This document shows positions 1 to 10,572 of a stretch of 64,000 bases of DNA, piece by piece (within the stretch, counting starts at the first letter, position 1; each line of letters opens with the position of its first letter). Made by a program: the position numbers and the translations under genes. The stretch is from Selaginella moellendorffii (Eukaryota; Plantae; Lycopodiophyta). The notes below the pieces were generated by a model, which saw only the letters and a list, made by a program, of their open reading frames with translations, did no database searches and was not told where the DNA came from. Location of the stretch: assembly GCF_000143415.4 (NCBI RefSeq), contig NW_003314266.1, positions 3,009,964-3,073,963 on the forward strand, in the 5' to 3' direction.

Positions 1-1205
1 GGTATCCTTGTTGAGCTCCACGGACCGCTTCCTCATCTGGTCGAGAACAAAGAGAACAGAGGCGCTCGACATGTTTCCATACTGTGCTAGCACGTCGCGA
101 GTGGCCTGCATCCGGTCCTTGTCGAGCTTGAGCTTGGCCTCTACCTGATCGAGAATCGCGGGACCTCCGGGATGGACCACCCAGAACAAGTCAGTGTAGG
201 CCGGGCTCGCCTCGTCCACGCTCTTGACATAGTCGAGAGGCTCTGCCAGCAGCTTCTCGATGTTCTTGGAGATGATGCCGGGGACGTCCTTGAGGAGGTG
301 GAAGACGAGGCCGGCCTCGCGCAGGTGTCCCAGGATTGCTCCATCACTGTCGGGAAGAACGCACTGTCCGCTCCAGTGGACTTCAAACAGTGGCTTCTCA
401 ACGGGAGTGGGACTGGAGCCGATGATGAGAGCCGCGGCGCCATCGCCAAACAGAGCCGAGCCGACCAGTCCGTCGAGGTGCGTCTCGGACGGAGCCCGGA
501 AGGTGACCGCCGTGACTTCGCTGCATGCAACGAGGACTCGAGCTCCGGGGTTGTTCTCGGCCAGATCCTTGGCGACTCTGGTGACGGTGGCACCGGCGAA
601 GCAGCCCTGCTGGTAGAGCATGACGCGCTTGACGTTCGGGCGGAGGCCGAGGAGCTTGAGGAGCTGGAAGTCGGCCCCAGGCATGTCGACCCCGCTGGTG
701 GTGCCGAAGACCAAGTGCGTGATTCTCGACTTTGGCTGCCCCCACTCCTTGATCGCCTTGAGGGCCGCCTCCTTGGCCAGCTTTGGAACCTCCCGCACCG
801 CGATGTCCTGCCTCACGTCCAGCGACGCCTCCATGTACGTGCACATCCCCGGGTTGGCCTTGAGGATCTCCTCGTCCAGGTAAAAATGTCTCTTTTTTAT
901 GCCTGACCTGTCACCTGCAATGCGCAGAAACGAAATCCAGGGACGACGTGATCAGAAGCGAGAAGCTTTGCTACGAAGAAACGAGATTTTTCTACGTGAG
1001 CGGGGAATGCCGGGACCGGGCATCCGAGGGTGGAGGACTTACAGATGCGCTGGAACTTGCCCTTGAGCTCCACCTTTTCATTGCAATTGGTGACGTTGAA
1101 GAAGAAGTCGGGGTACGTGCTCTGGTCGAACTCTTTTGGCGGAACCGCGGTGCCGACGGCCAGGACTGTGGCCTTTCCACTGCTCTGGAAATCCTGGATC
1201 GTCAT
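1..1205 (-). CDS. CHS: Type III polyketide synthase, chalcone synthase-like (3' end runs off the window)
   Basis: ATG at 1205 ([22 protein letters not shown]). A GT-AG intron at 1042-915 splits a Cys codon, the conserved CHS intron position. Exon 2 translates to ...[12 protein letters not shown]...[10 protein letters not shown]...ALFGDG...[10 protein letters not shown]...YGNMSSASV, so the Cys/His/Asn triad is intact. Confidence 0.92.
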
Positions 1206-2252
1206 GATCGTCTTTCCTGTTCGACCGAGTCGAGTTAGCGAGGAAAGAAGGAACGAACGAACGAACGAACCAGCAACGAAGAGCTCGCAAACTCTCGGAA
1301 GCAAGCAGCGCAGGCGCTAGAGCTTTGGTTTTTCTTCTTCCTTTTGGTTCTCAAGTTGTGAGTTTGAGAAGAGGAGAGAAAAGCGCAGAAGAGGAAGAAA
1401 AAACCACTGTGATCTTGCCGAGAGTAAACGACCCCTCTCTTTATAGCGACGAAACGTTGTGTATCTCGGATCAGTATTACAGGCAAAGTTGTCTTTGCCT
1501 ATAATCAACGACTAAATCAACGACTAACAAAAAGGAGATAGGTGAGACGGCATTTTCAAGCCTACTCGTAGGCATCTTGTCCACTGCTCGAGACTCTGGT
1601 GAAAACGAAACCCAAGCTAAAGAAACCTTGCTTGCTCGCCAAAGCAAATCCTCAACCTGTCAGTCAGCCAAAAGGTTGACAAAATCCAATCTCTCTCTCT
1701 CTCTCTCGGGAAAATGGTGTTTGGCAGAGAGGCACGCCCATGCGATCCTCTCTTTTTGCGTGTTCGCGGTCCATAAAAGCGCCCAGGCCCCCACTTTGTG
1801 TTGCAAAGGGCCGCTTGTCACTCCCGGAGGGCCTGCCTTGAACTCCCTTCCTTCCCCTCTCGCCGCCAGTGACGCACGTAAGTATGTGAGCAAGAGTGAA
1901 AGCGCACTGCTTCGACGCGGACGCTTGTGGCTCGCAGAGTTCCAGAGTTTCTATTCGCGCTTGGGCTGGTGTGTCTCACGCTGGATCAGCTGAGGAGCGA
2001 GTGAAACAGACGAAAGCAACGTATCCGACTTTGCTAGCACTGAAGGTGGAAGCTCTCCTCCGGACGATCCAGAAGGGGGAGAGAGAGAGAGAGAGATTCA
2101 AGAGCTTGACTTGCAGAGGTGACCCGCTCACTCTCATGACACTTTGACTGGAGGGACAAATCACAAAAACAGTGGCAAAGAAACTTAGGACAAAAGAACA
2201 AGCCTTTGAGAAGGAAAGGAAAACGGAAAGAAGGAAAGTCCCGAGCAAGTAT

Positions 2253-3659
2253 TTAGTTGTGCATGAGGCCCTTGATTTTGATGATCTGGTTGGCGGGGCT
2301 CAGGCTCTTGGGGCACGCGTTCTCGCAGTTTCGGATTGTGTGGCAGCGGTAGAGCTTGTAATCGCCTTCGACCGACTGGAGCCTTTCGTTCCGGTATTCG
2401 TCTCGGCTGTCGGCGATCCACCTGTAGAGACGGGGTTATGCCAGGTCAGAGGATGATAATAGAGAAAGAAAAGCGAATAAATACGGAGAATACGGAGAGC
2501 AGGAGCACTTTGTTCTCCGGCAGCAAGAACAAAGAACAAAAAGCCAAACTGCAATTACCAATCAAGCCGGAAGATTGGAGAAGGAATGTAGACAAACAAA
2601 ATTGCGAAATCTACATGGACGGAAGATCTTGAACAAGATGATCTTAGAAAAACTTCGACTCACGACAAAGGAAAAAATATTATAAAAAAAAAAAAGTGTG
2701 AGAAGATTTCCTATGCAGCTCGACCAAGAAACTCCACCAAAAGCTAAACACAAAGCCACAACTCGGTAAAAAGTCTAATACAACGCTCCGTACTGACACA
2801 CCAAAGAAAAAAAAAACCTGCACGTCGAGAAGAAGAAAAAAAAGACAAAGAATGTATCAATGATCTCAAGAGACCCAGACATAAGTCCAAAGCAAAGAAG
2901 GAAAACTCTTCCAAGTCTCCAAGCCAAGCAGCGAAAACAGAAGAAAAGTAAGCGATCGTACCTGTGAGCGTGTAGCAAAGCAGCCGGGCCGAGGAACCTC
3001 TCCGGATTCCACCAGTAGCTCGGGCACGACGAGCTGCAGCACGCGCAAAGTATACACTCGTACATGCCATCCAGCTTCTCCCGATCGCGCTTGCTCTGGA
3101 GGAGCTCCCTCGTCCCGGCCGGCGGCGGGCTCTTCTTCTTGAGCCACGGCTCCACGCTCTTGTACTGCTGGTAAAAGTTGGTCATGTCCACCACCAAGTC
3201 CTTCATCACGTAGAAATGCGGCAGCGGGGTGATGGTGGTCTCCTCCCCCGCGTCGACGATCATCTTGGTGAGACAGGCCAGCCCGTTCTTGCCATTGATG
3301 TTCATGGCGCAGGAGCCGCAGATCCCCTCGCGGCAGGAGCGGCGGAAGGTGAGAGTGGGATCCATCTCGTTCTTGATCTTGATGAGCGCGTCCAGCACCA
3401 TGGGGCCGCAATCGTTGGTGTTGAGCGAGTAGACCTGGAGCGATGGCTTCTTGCCCGTGTTGTCGGGGTCCCAGCGGTAGATCGCCAAGCTCTTCATGTT
3501 GGGCGGCTTGGGGACGTGCTTGAGGGACTCGAGCTCGGCGGCGGGGCGGGCTTCTCGGAGCTTGGGCATGGCGGCGGGGAGAGTGGAGGCGACTGGGCGC
3601 CTGCTGTGTGGGGCGATCTTGGGGATGAGACCGGCCTTCCTCGCGAAGAACATCGCCAT
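2253..3659 (-). CDS. SDH2: Mitochondrial succinate dehydrogenase iron-sulfur subunit (2 exons: 3659-2962, 2421-2253)
   Basis: Fe-S motifs [31 protein letters not shown] and, after splicing, WIADSRDE...[15 protein letters not shown]. Basic N-terminal presequence; GT-AG intron 2961-2422. Confidence 0.95.
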
Positions 3660-3702
3660 GGAGCCTTTGCTTTGCCCTAAAACATAACACCCCTACATTG
3701 AC

Positions 3703-3712
3703 GCCACGTGTC
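3703..3712. promoter_or_regulatory. G-box/ABRE-type element GCCACGTGTC upstream of SDH2
   Basis: Exact motif 43 nt upstream of the SDH2 ATG. The same 10-mer recurs upstream of Pol lambda (32911) and TRAPPC12 (63896). Confidence 0.45.
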
Positions 3713-3739
3713 AAATGTATGTTTAAAACTCATTTCTAG

Positions 3740-6700
3740 GAGATCAAGGGCAACGCTATTCTGGACTTTATAAACTCAACGCCACCATGGTTGTTCCAGA
3801 CAAGCAGCCAGATCGAGCGCTCTCAACTCGAGCGAGTAATCTCCAGTTGTGGCATGAGCGTCTAGGCCATGTGCATGAAGATACAGCTCCAGATAGTCCT
3901 GCTCAAAATGGAGTTGCTGAAAGAATGAACTGGACTCTTATGGAGAGTGCACGTAGCATGCTTATTCACGCAGGAATGCCACTATCGTTCTGGGCCAAGG
4001 CAATTAATACAGCCACATATATTTGCAATCGAGTGCCTACCCAGCCTCTTGCAGATATTCCTTATCATCTTTGAACCAGGAAGCAAGCCAGCTTGAGACA
4101 TCTACGAGTTTTTGGATGCATAGCTTATGAGAAAGTTTCTAACAGTCATTGCAGAAAATTGGAGCCGAAGAGCATCATGGTTGGCTATTGTCTCGAGACT
4201 AATAGCCAGATCAGTTCTTATCAGCAGAGATGTCAAGTTTGATGAGAAATCTCTTTACAAGCATAGACTCCATATTATGTTTTATTTTATGATGAAGAGG
4301 ACGTTTCTAGAGCATCTGGGCCGCAGCCCCAAGTGCACGGCCAGCAGCAGCCGCGAGTTCAGCAGCCTCAGCCTCAGCAGCAGGTCGAAGCAGAGCAGCA
4401 GCTTCCTGCCCAGTCCTGTCACGATGAAGCAGTTGATGAACCAGAGGAGGAGTCGTCTCCTCCAGGGCAGCTGCCTAGTACTCCCGTGGCTGCAAGATCT
4501 CAGCAAGAAGCCGATCCAATTATTCTGGGGCTGTGACACACAGTGGGAGAGTTAGCTATTTATCGCAAGCAGCTCGTGATGCTCAAGACTCAGCCTCAAA
4601 TTGCTGTCAATTTGAACCATGCACAGTTTGTGGAGCTCTCCAATCACCAGAAGCAGGACAGTGGAAGGCCGCTATGCAGGAGGAGTACAACTCTTTGATA
4701 TGTAACAACGTTTGGGAGCTTGTTTCTCTCCCACCAGGCAGGAAAATCGTTAGAATCAAGTGGATATTCAAGCGCAAATTGGATGCCACTGGAGCAGTGA
4801 CTTGACATCTAGCTCGCTTTGTAGCGAGAGGATTTAGTCAAGTACCTGGAGTGGATTTTCTGAGACTTTTTCACCAGTGGCTAAAATGTCTTCTATTCTG
4901 TCTTGCAGCATATTCTTGATATCAAGACGGTGTTTTTATATGGTGAGCTTAAGGAGGAGACAGGCAGATGGATTCATCATCCCAGGATAGGAGCAGAAGG
5001 TATGTCAACTTAAGCGTGCACTATATGGCTTGAAGTAGTCTCCTAGAGCATGGTACGAGCACATGAACAGGTTTCTTTCCTCCATCCCAGGACAGGAGCA
5101 GAAGGTATGTCAACTTAGGCGTGGACTATATGGCTTGAAGTAGTCTCCTAGAGCATGGTACGAGCACATGAACAGGTTTCTTTCCTCCATCCCAGGACAG
5201 GAGCAGAAGGTATGTCAACTTAAGCGTGGACTATATGACTTGAAGTAGTTTCTTAGAGCATGGTACGAGCACATGAACAGGTTTCTTTCCTCCATCCCAG
5301 GGCAGGAGAAGAAGGTATGTCAACTTAAGCGTGGACTATATGGCTTGAAGTAGTCTCCTAGAGCATGGTAACAGGTTTCTTTCCTCCATCCCAGGACAGG
5401 AGCAGAAGGTATGTCAACTTAAGCGTGCACTATATGGTTTGAAGTAGTCTCCTAGAGCATGGTACGAGCACATGAACAGGTTTCTTTCCTCCATCCCAGG
5501 ACAGGAGCAGAAGGTATGTCAACTTAAGCGTGCACTATATGGCTTGAAGTAGTCTCCTAGAGCATACATGAACAGGTTTCTTTCCTCCATTGGCTTTAAG
5601 TAGATTTTTGCAGATACCAATGTGTATATTTTATCTTTGGAGATGCATTTTCTATTCTAGCTCTATATGTCAACGATAATATTATGGCAGCGCATCTGCC
5701 AACAATCGTCAGCTATTTTGAGCGACAGTTCTTATCCCAATTTTAGATTTCAGCGACTAAATGTCTTTCTTATTGCCTTGGGATCCAGGTGCTTTGGGAC
5801 AGAGAAGCAGCAGTCATCGAGCTCTCTCAAGCACATTATGTTGAAGAAATCTTGCACAAGTTCAACATGGAAGATTGCAAGCCTGTGGCGACGCCAATGG
5901 ATCCAGGTCTTGTGCTGTCTATTGAGCAAACTCCCAACTCCGAGGAGGAGAAAGCAGTGATGGCGAGAGTTCCGTATTGACAAGGAGTTGGACGCCTTAT
6001 TTATCTAGCCATCAGTACCAGACTAGACTTGGGATTTGCAGTTGGAGCAGTTTTAAGATTTCTTGAGAATCCAGGAGAAGTTCATTGGAGTGCTGTTAAA
6101 CGAATTTTTAAATATTTGCGAGGTACAGTGGGATATCAGTTGAGCTACAACAGAGTGTCTAGCAGTAGTGGGAGCTCCAGGAGTATGCAACTTGTCAGCT
6201 TTACAGACTCAAATTGGGCTGGTGACAAGGACACAAGAAGATCAACCTCAGGATATCTATTTTTCCTAGGTGGTGGACTTGTCAGCTGGAGCAGCAAGCG
6301 ACAAGCAATCACAGCACTTTCATCCACCGAGGCCAAATATATTAGTGCAACAACAGTAGCTCAAGAAGTGAGGTGGCTTACAGATTTTCTGGAGCAGATT
6401 GGTGTTCCAGTGCAGCAGCCAGTGACTTTGTTTTGTGACAATCGAAGCGCGATCGAGTTGTTGAAGAATCTGAAGTTCCACGGCCGCACCAAACACTTCG
6501 AGATAAATGTACATTTATTCAACAGAGTGCAGCTGAGATATGTTTTGACGAAGCAAATGACAGCAGACATTATGACAAAAGCTTTGAGCAAAGACAAGTT
6601 TCAACAACATTGTGAAGATACGAGCATTATAGACTCTCACAGCTGAGTGGGAGTGTAGATAGCCAGCCTGGAGTCTAATCCAAGGTGGCAAGAGATTCAT

Positions 6701-6744
6701 GTGGACGCTGAAATGAGCGGACACAAGACTTATATATATTTACA
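3740..6744 (+). mobile_element. Decayed, 5'-truncated Ty1/Copia LTR retrotransposon
   Basis: Order is GAG-pre-integrase (LWHERLGH), integrase C-part (PAQNGVAERMN), RT (WKAAMQEE...KWIFKRK, LYGLK*SPRAW) and RNase H (FTDSNWAGD...SSTEAKY...CDNRSAI...ADIMTK). Many stops and frameshifts. PPT-like GAGTGGGAG at 6645-6653 is followed by a candidate short LTR TGTA...TACA (6654-6744). Confidence 0.88.
4981..5590 (+). repeat. Six tandem copies of a 105-bp unit inside the Copia RT
   Basis: Unit starts CCCAGG at 4981, 5086, 5191, 5296, 5390 and 5495. Copy 4 has an 11-nt deletion and copy 6 a 9-nt deletion. Confidence 0.95.
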
Positions 6745-7517
6745 TGGAGAAAATGACAAAGTGGTAGTTAGGGGAAACAGTCGTTTAACTAGAAAACTAA
6801 CAGGTTCCAGTCCTCCTATACCAGCTGCAAATCCGCGAGCTTGGAGTGGAGGCCCTGGCAGCAGTTGGCGTGCATGGTGCAAACTCTTTCCACATGTCAC
6901 TGGCTGGCCCGCAAAACCACTGAAATCATCCGTTTGCATGAACCGATCTTGGCTCCTATGGCCTGGGTGGAGCTTGATCCTGTCGAAGACTAACCTCAGT
7001 TCTTGAAGAGCTCAATCGTCCGGTTATTTCACCAACCCGTGTTTGCCATTGAAAAGTAGCTCCACATAGAGAGAATTGATGGTTGAACTAGACAAGTTAA
7101 TGCGAGAGATTCCAAATGTTAAAGGTGGCAAGGAAAAGAGCTTGGAAATTTTACCGAGACTAATCTGTAGAACAACGCTCAGGAACGATATCTTCTTCCT
7201 CATTATTTTCAAGTAGTCTCAGGTCATGGTACATGCCATTGCTTCTGAGGAGGATGAGCTTCTAGTCATCTCTCATGCGCAGATGGATCCAACATGAATA
7301 ATATGTACGTACCTTGGATTGGGATCACTGACCGGATCATATTGTGGACTTTGCATGTGGTCGTAAGCGTGAGAGGGCCGATCGTTCGACATCTGGCTCT
7401 GCGCATATACAAGAACAGTGGTTGTAGTTAATCGGCCAACTTGATCATGACCTTCGTGGAACGTGTGGTCGTATGGCCCAGGAAACTGGTGTAGCCATAC
7501 GTCGTATCCTCCTGCAA

Positions 7518-7658
7518 GGATGTTGAATTTGGGTTTTTCACATCTTCGATTGGATTAATTCCAAAAATGTGGCTGGCTGTTCTTGTTCTTCTGCTTCTAA
7601 TTATCGCCGCCTCATTCTTCGGAAAATCGCAAGCTAAACACGATCGGCTTCCACCAGG
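7518..7658 (+). pseudogene. Inverted 5' fragment (5' UTR plus membrane anchor) of a P450 paralogous to the adjacent CYP
   Basis: MWLAVLVLLLLIIAASFFGKSQAKHDRLPPG versus MCLAFVVLLLLIMIASSFLGKLQAQHGRLPPG. By hand count, 7558-7658 matches the reverse complement of 9232-9335 with about 11 mismatches and one 3-nt gap. Confidence 0.9.
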
Positions 7659-7775
7659 AAGGTACCATAGATTAGATTGGTTCAAATCCCAGAACCAAAG
7701 GAATATTGGTGCCAGTGGCTCCGGAAAACGATTGGCATTCACAATCAAAGTCAAAGATTGGGGCAGTTGAATTCC

Positions 7776-9326
7776 TCATTCATACAGAGATTTGCAGCTC
7801 AACCGGGGACTTGCAACAGCTGTTAGCTCTGAAGCCAGCTTGCTTGCGATTGTACCACCCTTCTCCATCAGGTCGACCGAGTTTTGATCCGGTGGAAGGC
7901 TCCAATCAAAGGCATGAATCAGGCTGGCAACTGCAAAGGGGATGAAACGAACAGCAACTGGATGCCCCGGGCACATCCTGCGTCCAGCAGAGAATGGGAT
8001 CATCTCCAGCTGCGCTTCTTGTCCGACCACCTTGATCTCGGTTCCTTGAAAGCGTTCGGGACGGAAGTCTTCTGGGTCAAGCCAGTGTTTTGGATCTCGT
8101 CCAATTGCCCAGATATTGATGAGCACAGTGGACCCTTTCGGAATCCTGTAGCCAGCTAGAACAGCTTCCGTGGGATTAAAATGAGGGACTCCAAGTGGGC
8201 CTGTTGGATGAAGTCGCAACACCTCTTTCAGGATTGCGTGCATGTAAGGCAAGCCGGGGACATCTGAAAGCCTTAGGAGGCGCTCGGTCCCGATTGCGTC
8301 TTGGATTTCTTCCTGCGCTTTTTGCATGACAGGGGGGTTCTGAATCACTTCTGCCATCGCCCACTCTACAGCTCCCTTCATGTTGTCAATTCCCGCTGCA
8401 ACCAGATCCTGAAACAAACATCCGACATAGCCATGAAGAACTTTGCGGATACTTACAGTGAGGAGGGCCATAATTGATATGTCTGAGAGATTATTATCAG
8501 CAGCGTCTTGGAGAGACAGAAGCACATCCGTCCAGTCCTTGGGAATGAATTCCTGGCCCGAGGATTCAATGTCGAGTTTGCACTGTTTGTGTTCTTGGAT
8601 AATATTAGCAAGAAGAGACTCCAACTTTGGCATCAGATCATCCCTCATTCTCCGGTTCACTCCATGGAGATCAAGACAATCAAGTGGCCGTATGAACTTC
8701 CCGACATTGATGCTCAGGGTCTGCTTCTCAATCAGGCTGATCAAGTCCACAACCGGCACATCTCTCTTTCCAAACAGAACCTGGCAAAACGCACCAGAGA
8801 CAAACTTATCAATGAAATGTTTGAGATTGATGACTTTGGAGGCGGTGGCAAGACGTCCAACATCTTTGACCACGAGCGCCATTTCAGATTCTTGGTAAGC
8901 AGCAGCAGCATCCAGCCTACTGGGACTCAGCAAGTGTTGAGCCGTGATCATCTTCAGGTTCTTCCAGGACTCTCCGTAAGGAGCAAGCACAACATCTTTC
9001 CATCTGAAGCTGAAGTACTCTCCAAATTTTGAAAGAGGCCTGTAAGCAAACTCCACATCATGAGCTCTCAGGACCTCCCTGGCCATCTCAGAGCTGTTCA
9101 CAACTATGCAAGACACAAGCCCGAGCTTGATGTGGATTATGGGTCCATTGATCTTTGTGAGGCTTGCAAAGTGACGATGCAGTGGATTCCTGAGAGAAAG
9201 AAGTGATCCTAAAACTGGGAGAGGCATAGGACCTGGTGGAAGCCGACCATGTTGAGCTTGCAATTTTCCGAGGAATGAGGAGGCGATCATGATTAGAAGC
9301 AGAAGAACAACAAAAGCCAGGCACAT
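7776..9326 (-). CDS. Cytochrome P450, CYP71 clan (A-type), with a 48-nt intron at 8456-8409
   Basis: Signal anchor plus PPGP hinge, EVLR (ExxR), PERF and heme motif PFSAGRRMCPG. The GTAAGT...TTTCAG intron sits just before the I-helix, the usual A-type intron position. Confidence 0.93.
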   Translation of the reverse strand: MCLAFVVLLLLIMIASSFLGKLQAQHGRLPPGPMPLPVLGSLLSLRNPLHRHFASLTKINGPIIHIKLGLVSCIVVNSSEMAREVLRAHDVEFAYRPLSKFGEYFSFRWKDVVLAPYGESWKNLKMITAQHLLSPSRLDAAAAYQESEMALVVKDVGRLATASKVINLKHFIDKFVSGAFCQVLFGKRDVPVVDLISLIEKQTLSINVGKFIRPLDCLDLHGVNRRMRDDLMPKLESLLANIIQEHKQCKLDIESSGQEFIPKDWTDVLLSLQDAADNNLSDISIMALLTVSIRKVLHGYVGCLFQDLVAAGIDNMKGAVEWAMAEVIQNPPVMQKAQEEIQDAIGTERLLRLSDVPGLPYMHAILKEVLRLHPTGPLGVPHFNPTEAVLAGYRIPKGSTVLINIWAIGRDPKHWLDPEDFRPERFQGTEIKVVGQEAQLEMIPFSAGRRMCPGHPVAVRFIPFAVASLIHAFDWSLPPDQNSVDLMEKGGTIASKLASELTAVASPRLSCKSLYE

Positions 9327-10357
9327 TTTCGGAATCAAGCTTCATTCAGCTTGAAGATTGTGAAAAACCTAAATCCAGCATCTGATTTTATAGCGAGCCA
9401 AGTCAAGTCCAAAGGTATGAGTGCTATCTGTATTTTGCATAGGATGGAGTGAACACACCAAACCATCATGAAATATTCCTCCAAATATTCCTGGTGGAGC
9501 AGGCATGGCTCATGTCAAAACCACAAGCGTCTGCTACAAATGCCTCACAATCTTTTAGCCATAGCTAAAAGAGCAAGAATGCAGTAGAGATGCAATAGAA
9601 TAGCCTAAATTTGCTACAGATGAATCACTTTAGGATTCTGTTATGAATGCAGGTTGATGTGCACTTGATGCCATGGGAATGTGGCTCACCATATGTACAG
9701 TTGGTACTGATCAATTCTAATGTCCATGCCTCGTACCATCTGTATCTGTTGGATTAAAAATGTTATAGTCAAGAATAGCTCTTTACCTATTGTTCTTGAG
9801 AACATGTACCAGAACATCGGCCACATGTCTTAACCACTCAGGCACAGCCCCATGAAGGTCACATGCACACTTGTTAACTGCCAGAATAGCAGGTTGCCCA
9901 TTCTCGACAGTAATAGGCTAGTTGTTAGTCACTATTATATCCAAATTTATTCTCTTGCATATGCCCAATTCTGGCTTTGGGTAACCCACATCAAACATCA
10001 AATAAAATACAAACCATAAAGGCTGTGTTATTCATAAAATTGGTGTTCATACATCTGCCTCACAAGCACACATGCAATCCTGGCAGATCCTGATTGGCTT
10101 GGTTTTCACTTTTGGACACCTTAGCATATTCCATTAAGCCTTTGGCAGAATGACTGAGAATCCAATACCCATTCCGTGGATTCTATGAGTTTATATTATA
10201 GCCATGCCTATCTTCCATGCCCATCTATTATGATATTCTTTATATATCTGGGGTTACATGTTATTGAGTTTGAATAGTATTGGGCTAAATGACCTTTTGA
10301 GAAATTTAAATTCAAAAGCTTACATATATAAAAGTTTATATAATGAAGTATCAATAG

Positions 10358-10572
10358 AATTATTATCCACACTCATAAATTATTCACTATAATGGAACTT
10401 TACATCAATGGTCTTGGAATTATTATCCAAGAGAATCCATTTATGAGTTATTGACTATAATGGAACCATCTTTGAATCCATTTATGAGTTATTCACTTTA
10501 ATGGAACTCTACAATAAGAATTATTATTTAAGAGAATCCACTTATGAGTTATTCACTATAATGGAACCATCC
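10358..10572. repeat. Degenerate AT-rich direct repeats (core TTATTCACTATAATGGAAC x4)
   Basis: The core recurs near 10380, 10448, 10488 and 10549, with related GAATTATTAT / GAATCCA(T/C)TTATGAG segments between copies. Confidence 0.7.

Noticed and set aside
172-906. Long + strand ORF (244 aa) and similar antisense ORFs at 24867-25718, 51368-52000 and 52338-53222
   Set aside because: Shadow frames of GC-rich genes on the opposite strand, with no recognisable motifs.
1577-2250. Possible miRNA or ncRNA between CHS and SDH2, flanked by (CT)n and (GA)n tracts
   Set aside because: No convincing hairpin or recognisable mature miRNA; consistent with the SDH2 3' region and CHS promoter.
2422-2961. 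Unusually long (540 nt) SDH2 intron as a possible host of a transferred rps14, as in grasses
   Set aside because: No Rps14-like translation; the ORFs are low-complexity Phe/Leu-rich read-throughs of T-rich intron.
4981-5590. Regular array resembling CRISPR
   Set aside because: Units are contiguous near-identical copies with no unique spacers, they encode an RT motif, and the context is eukaryotic.
6750-7500. Short ORFs between the Copia end and the P450 fragment
   Set aside because: No family motif or consistent exon structure that I can support.
10358-10572. Short repeats with variable gaps resembling a mini-CRISPR
   Set aside because: The gaps are related to each other and irregular in length, and no cas genes are present; best read as a decayed tandem duplication.
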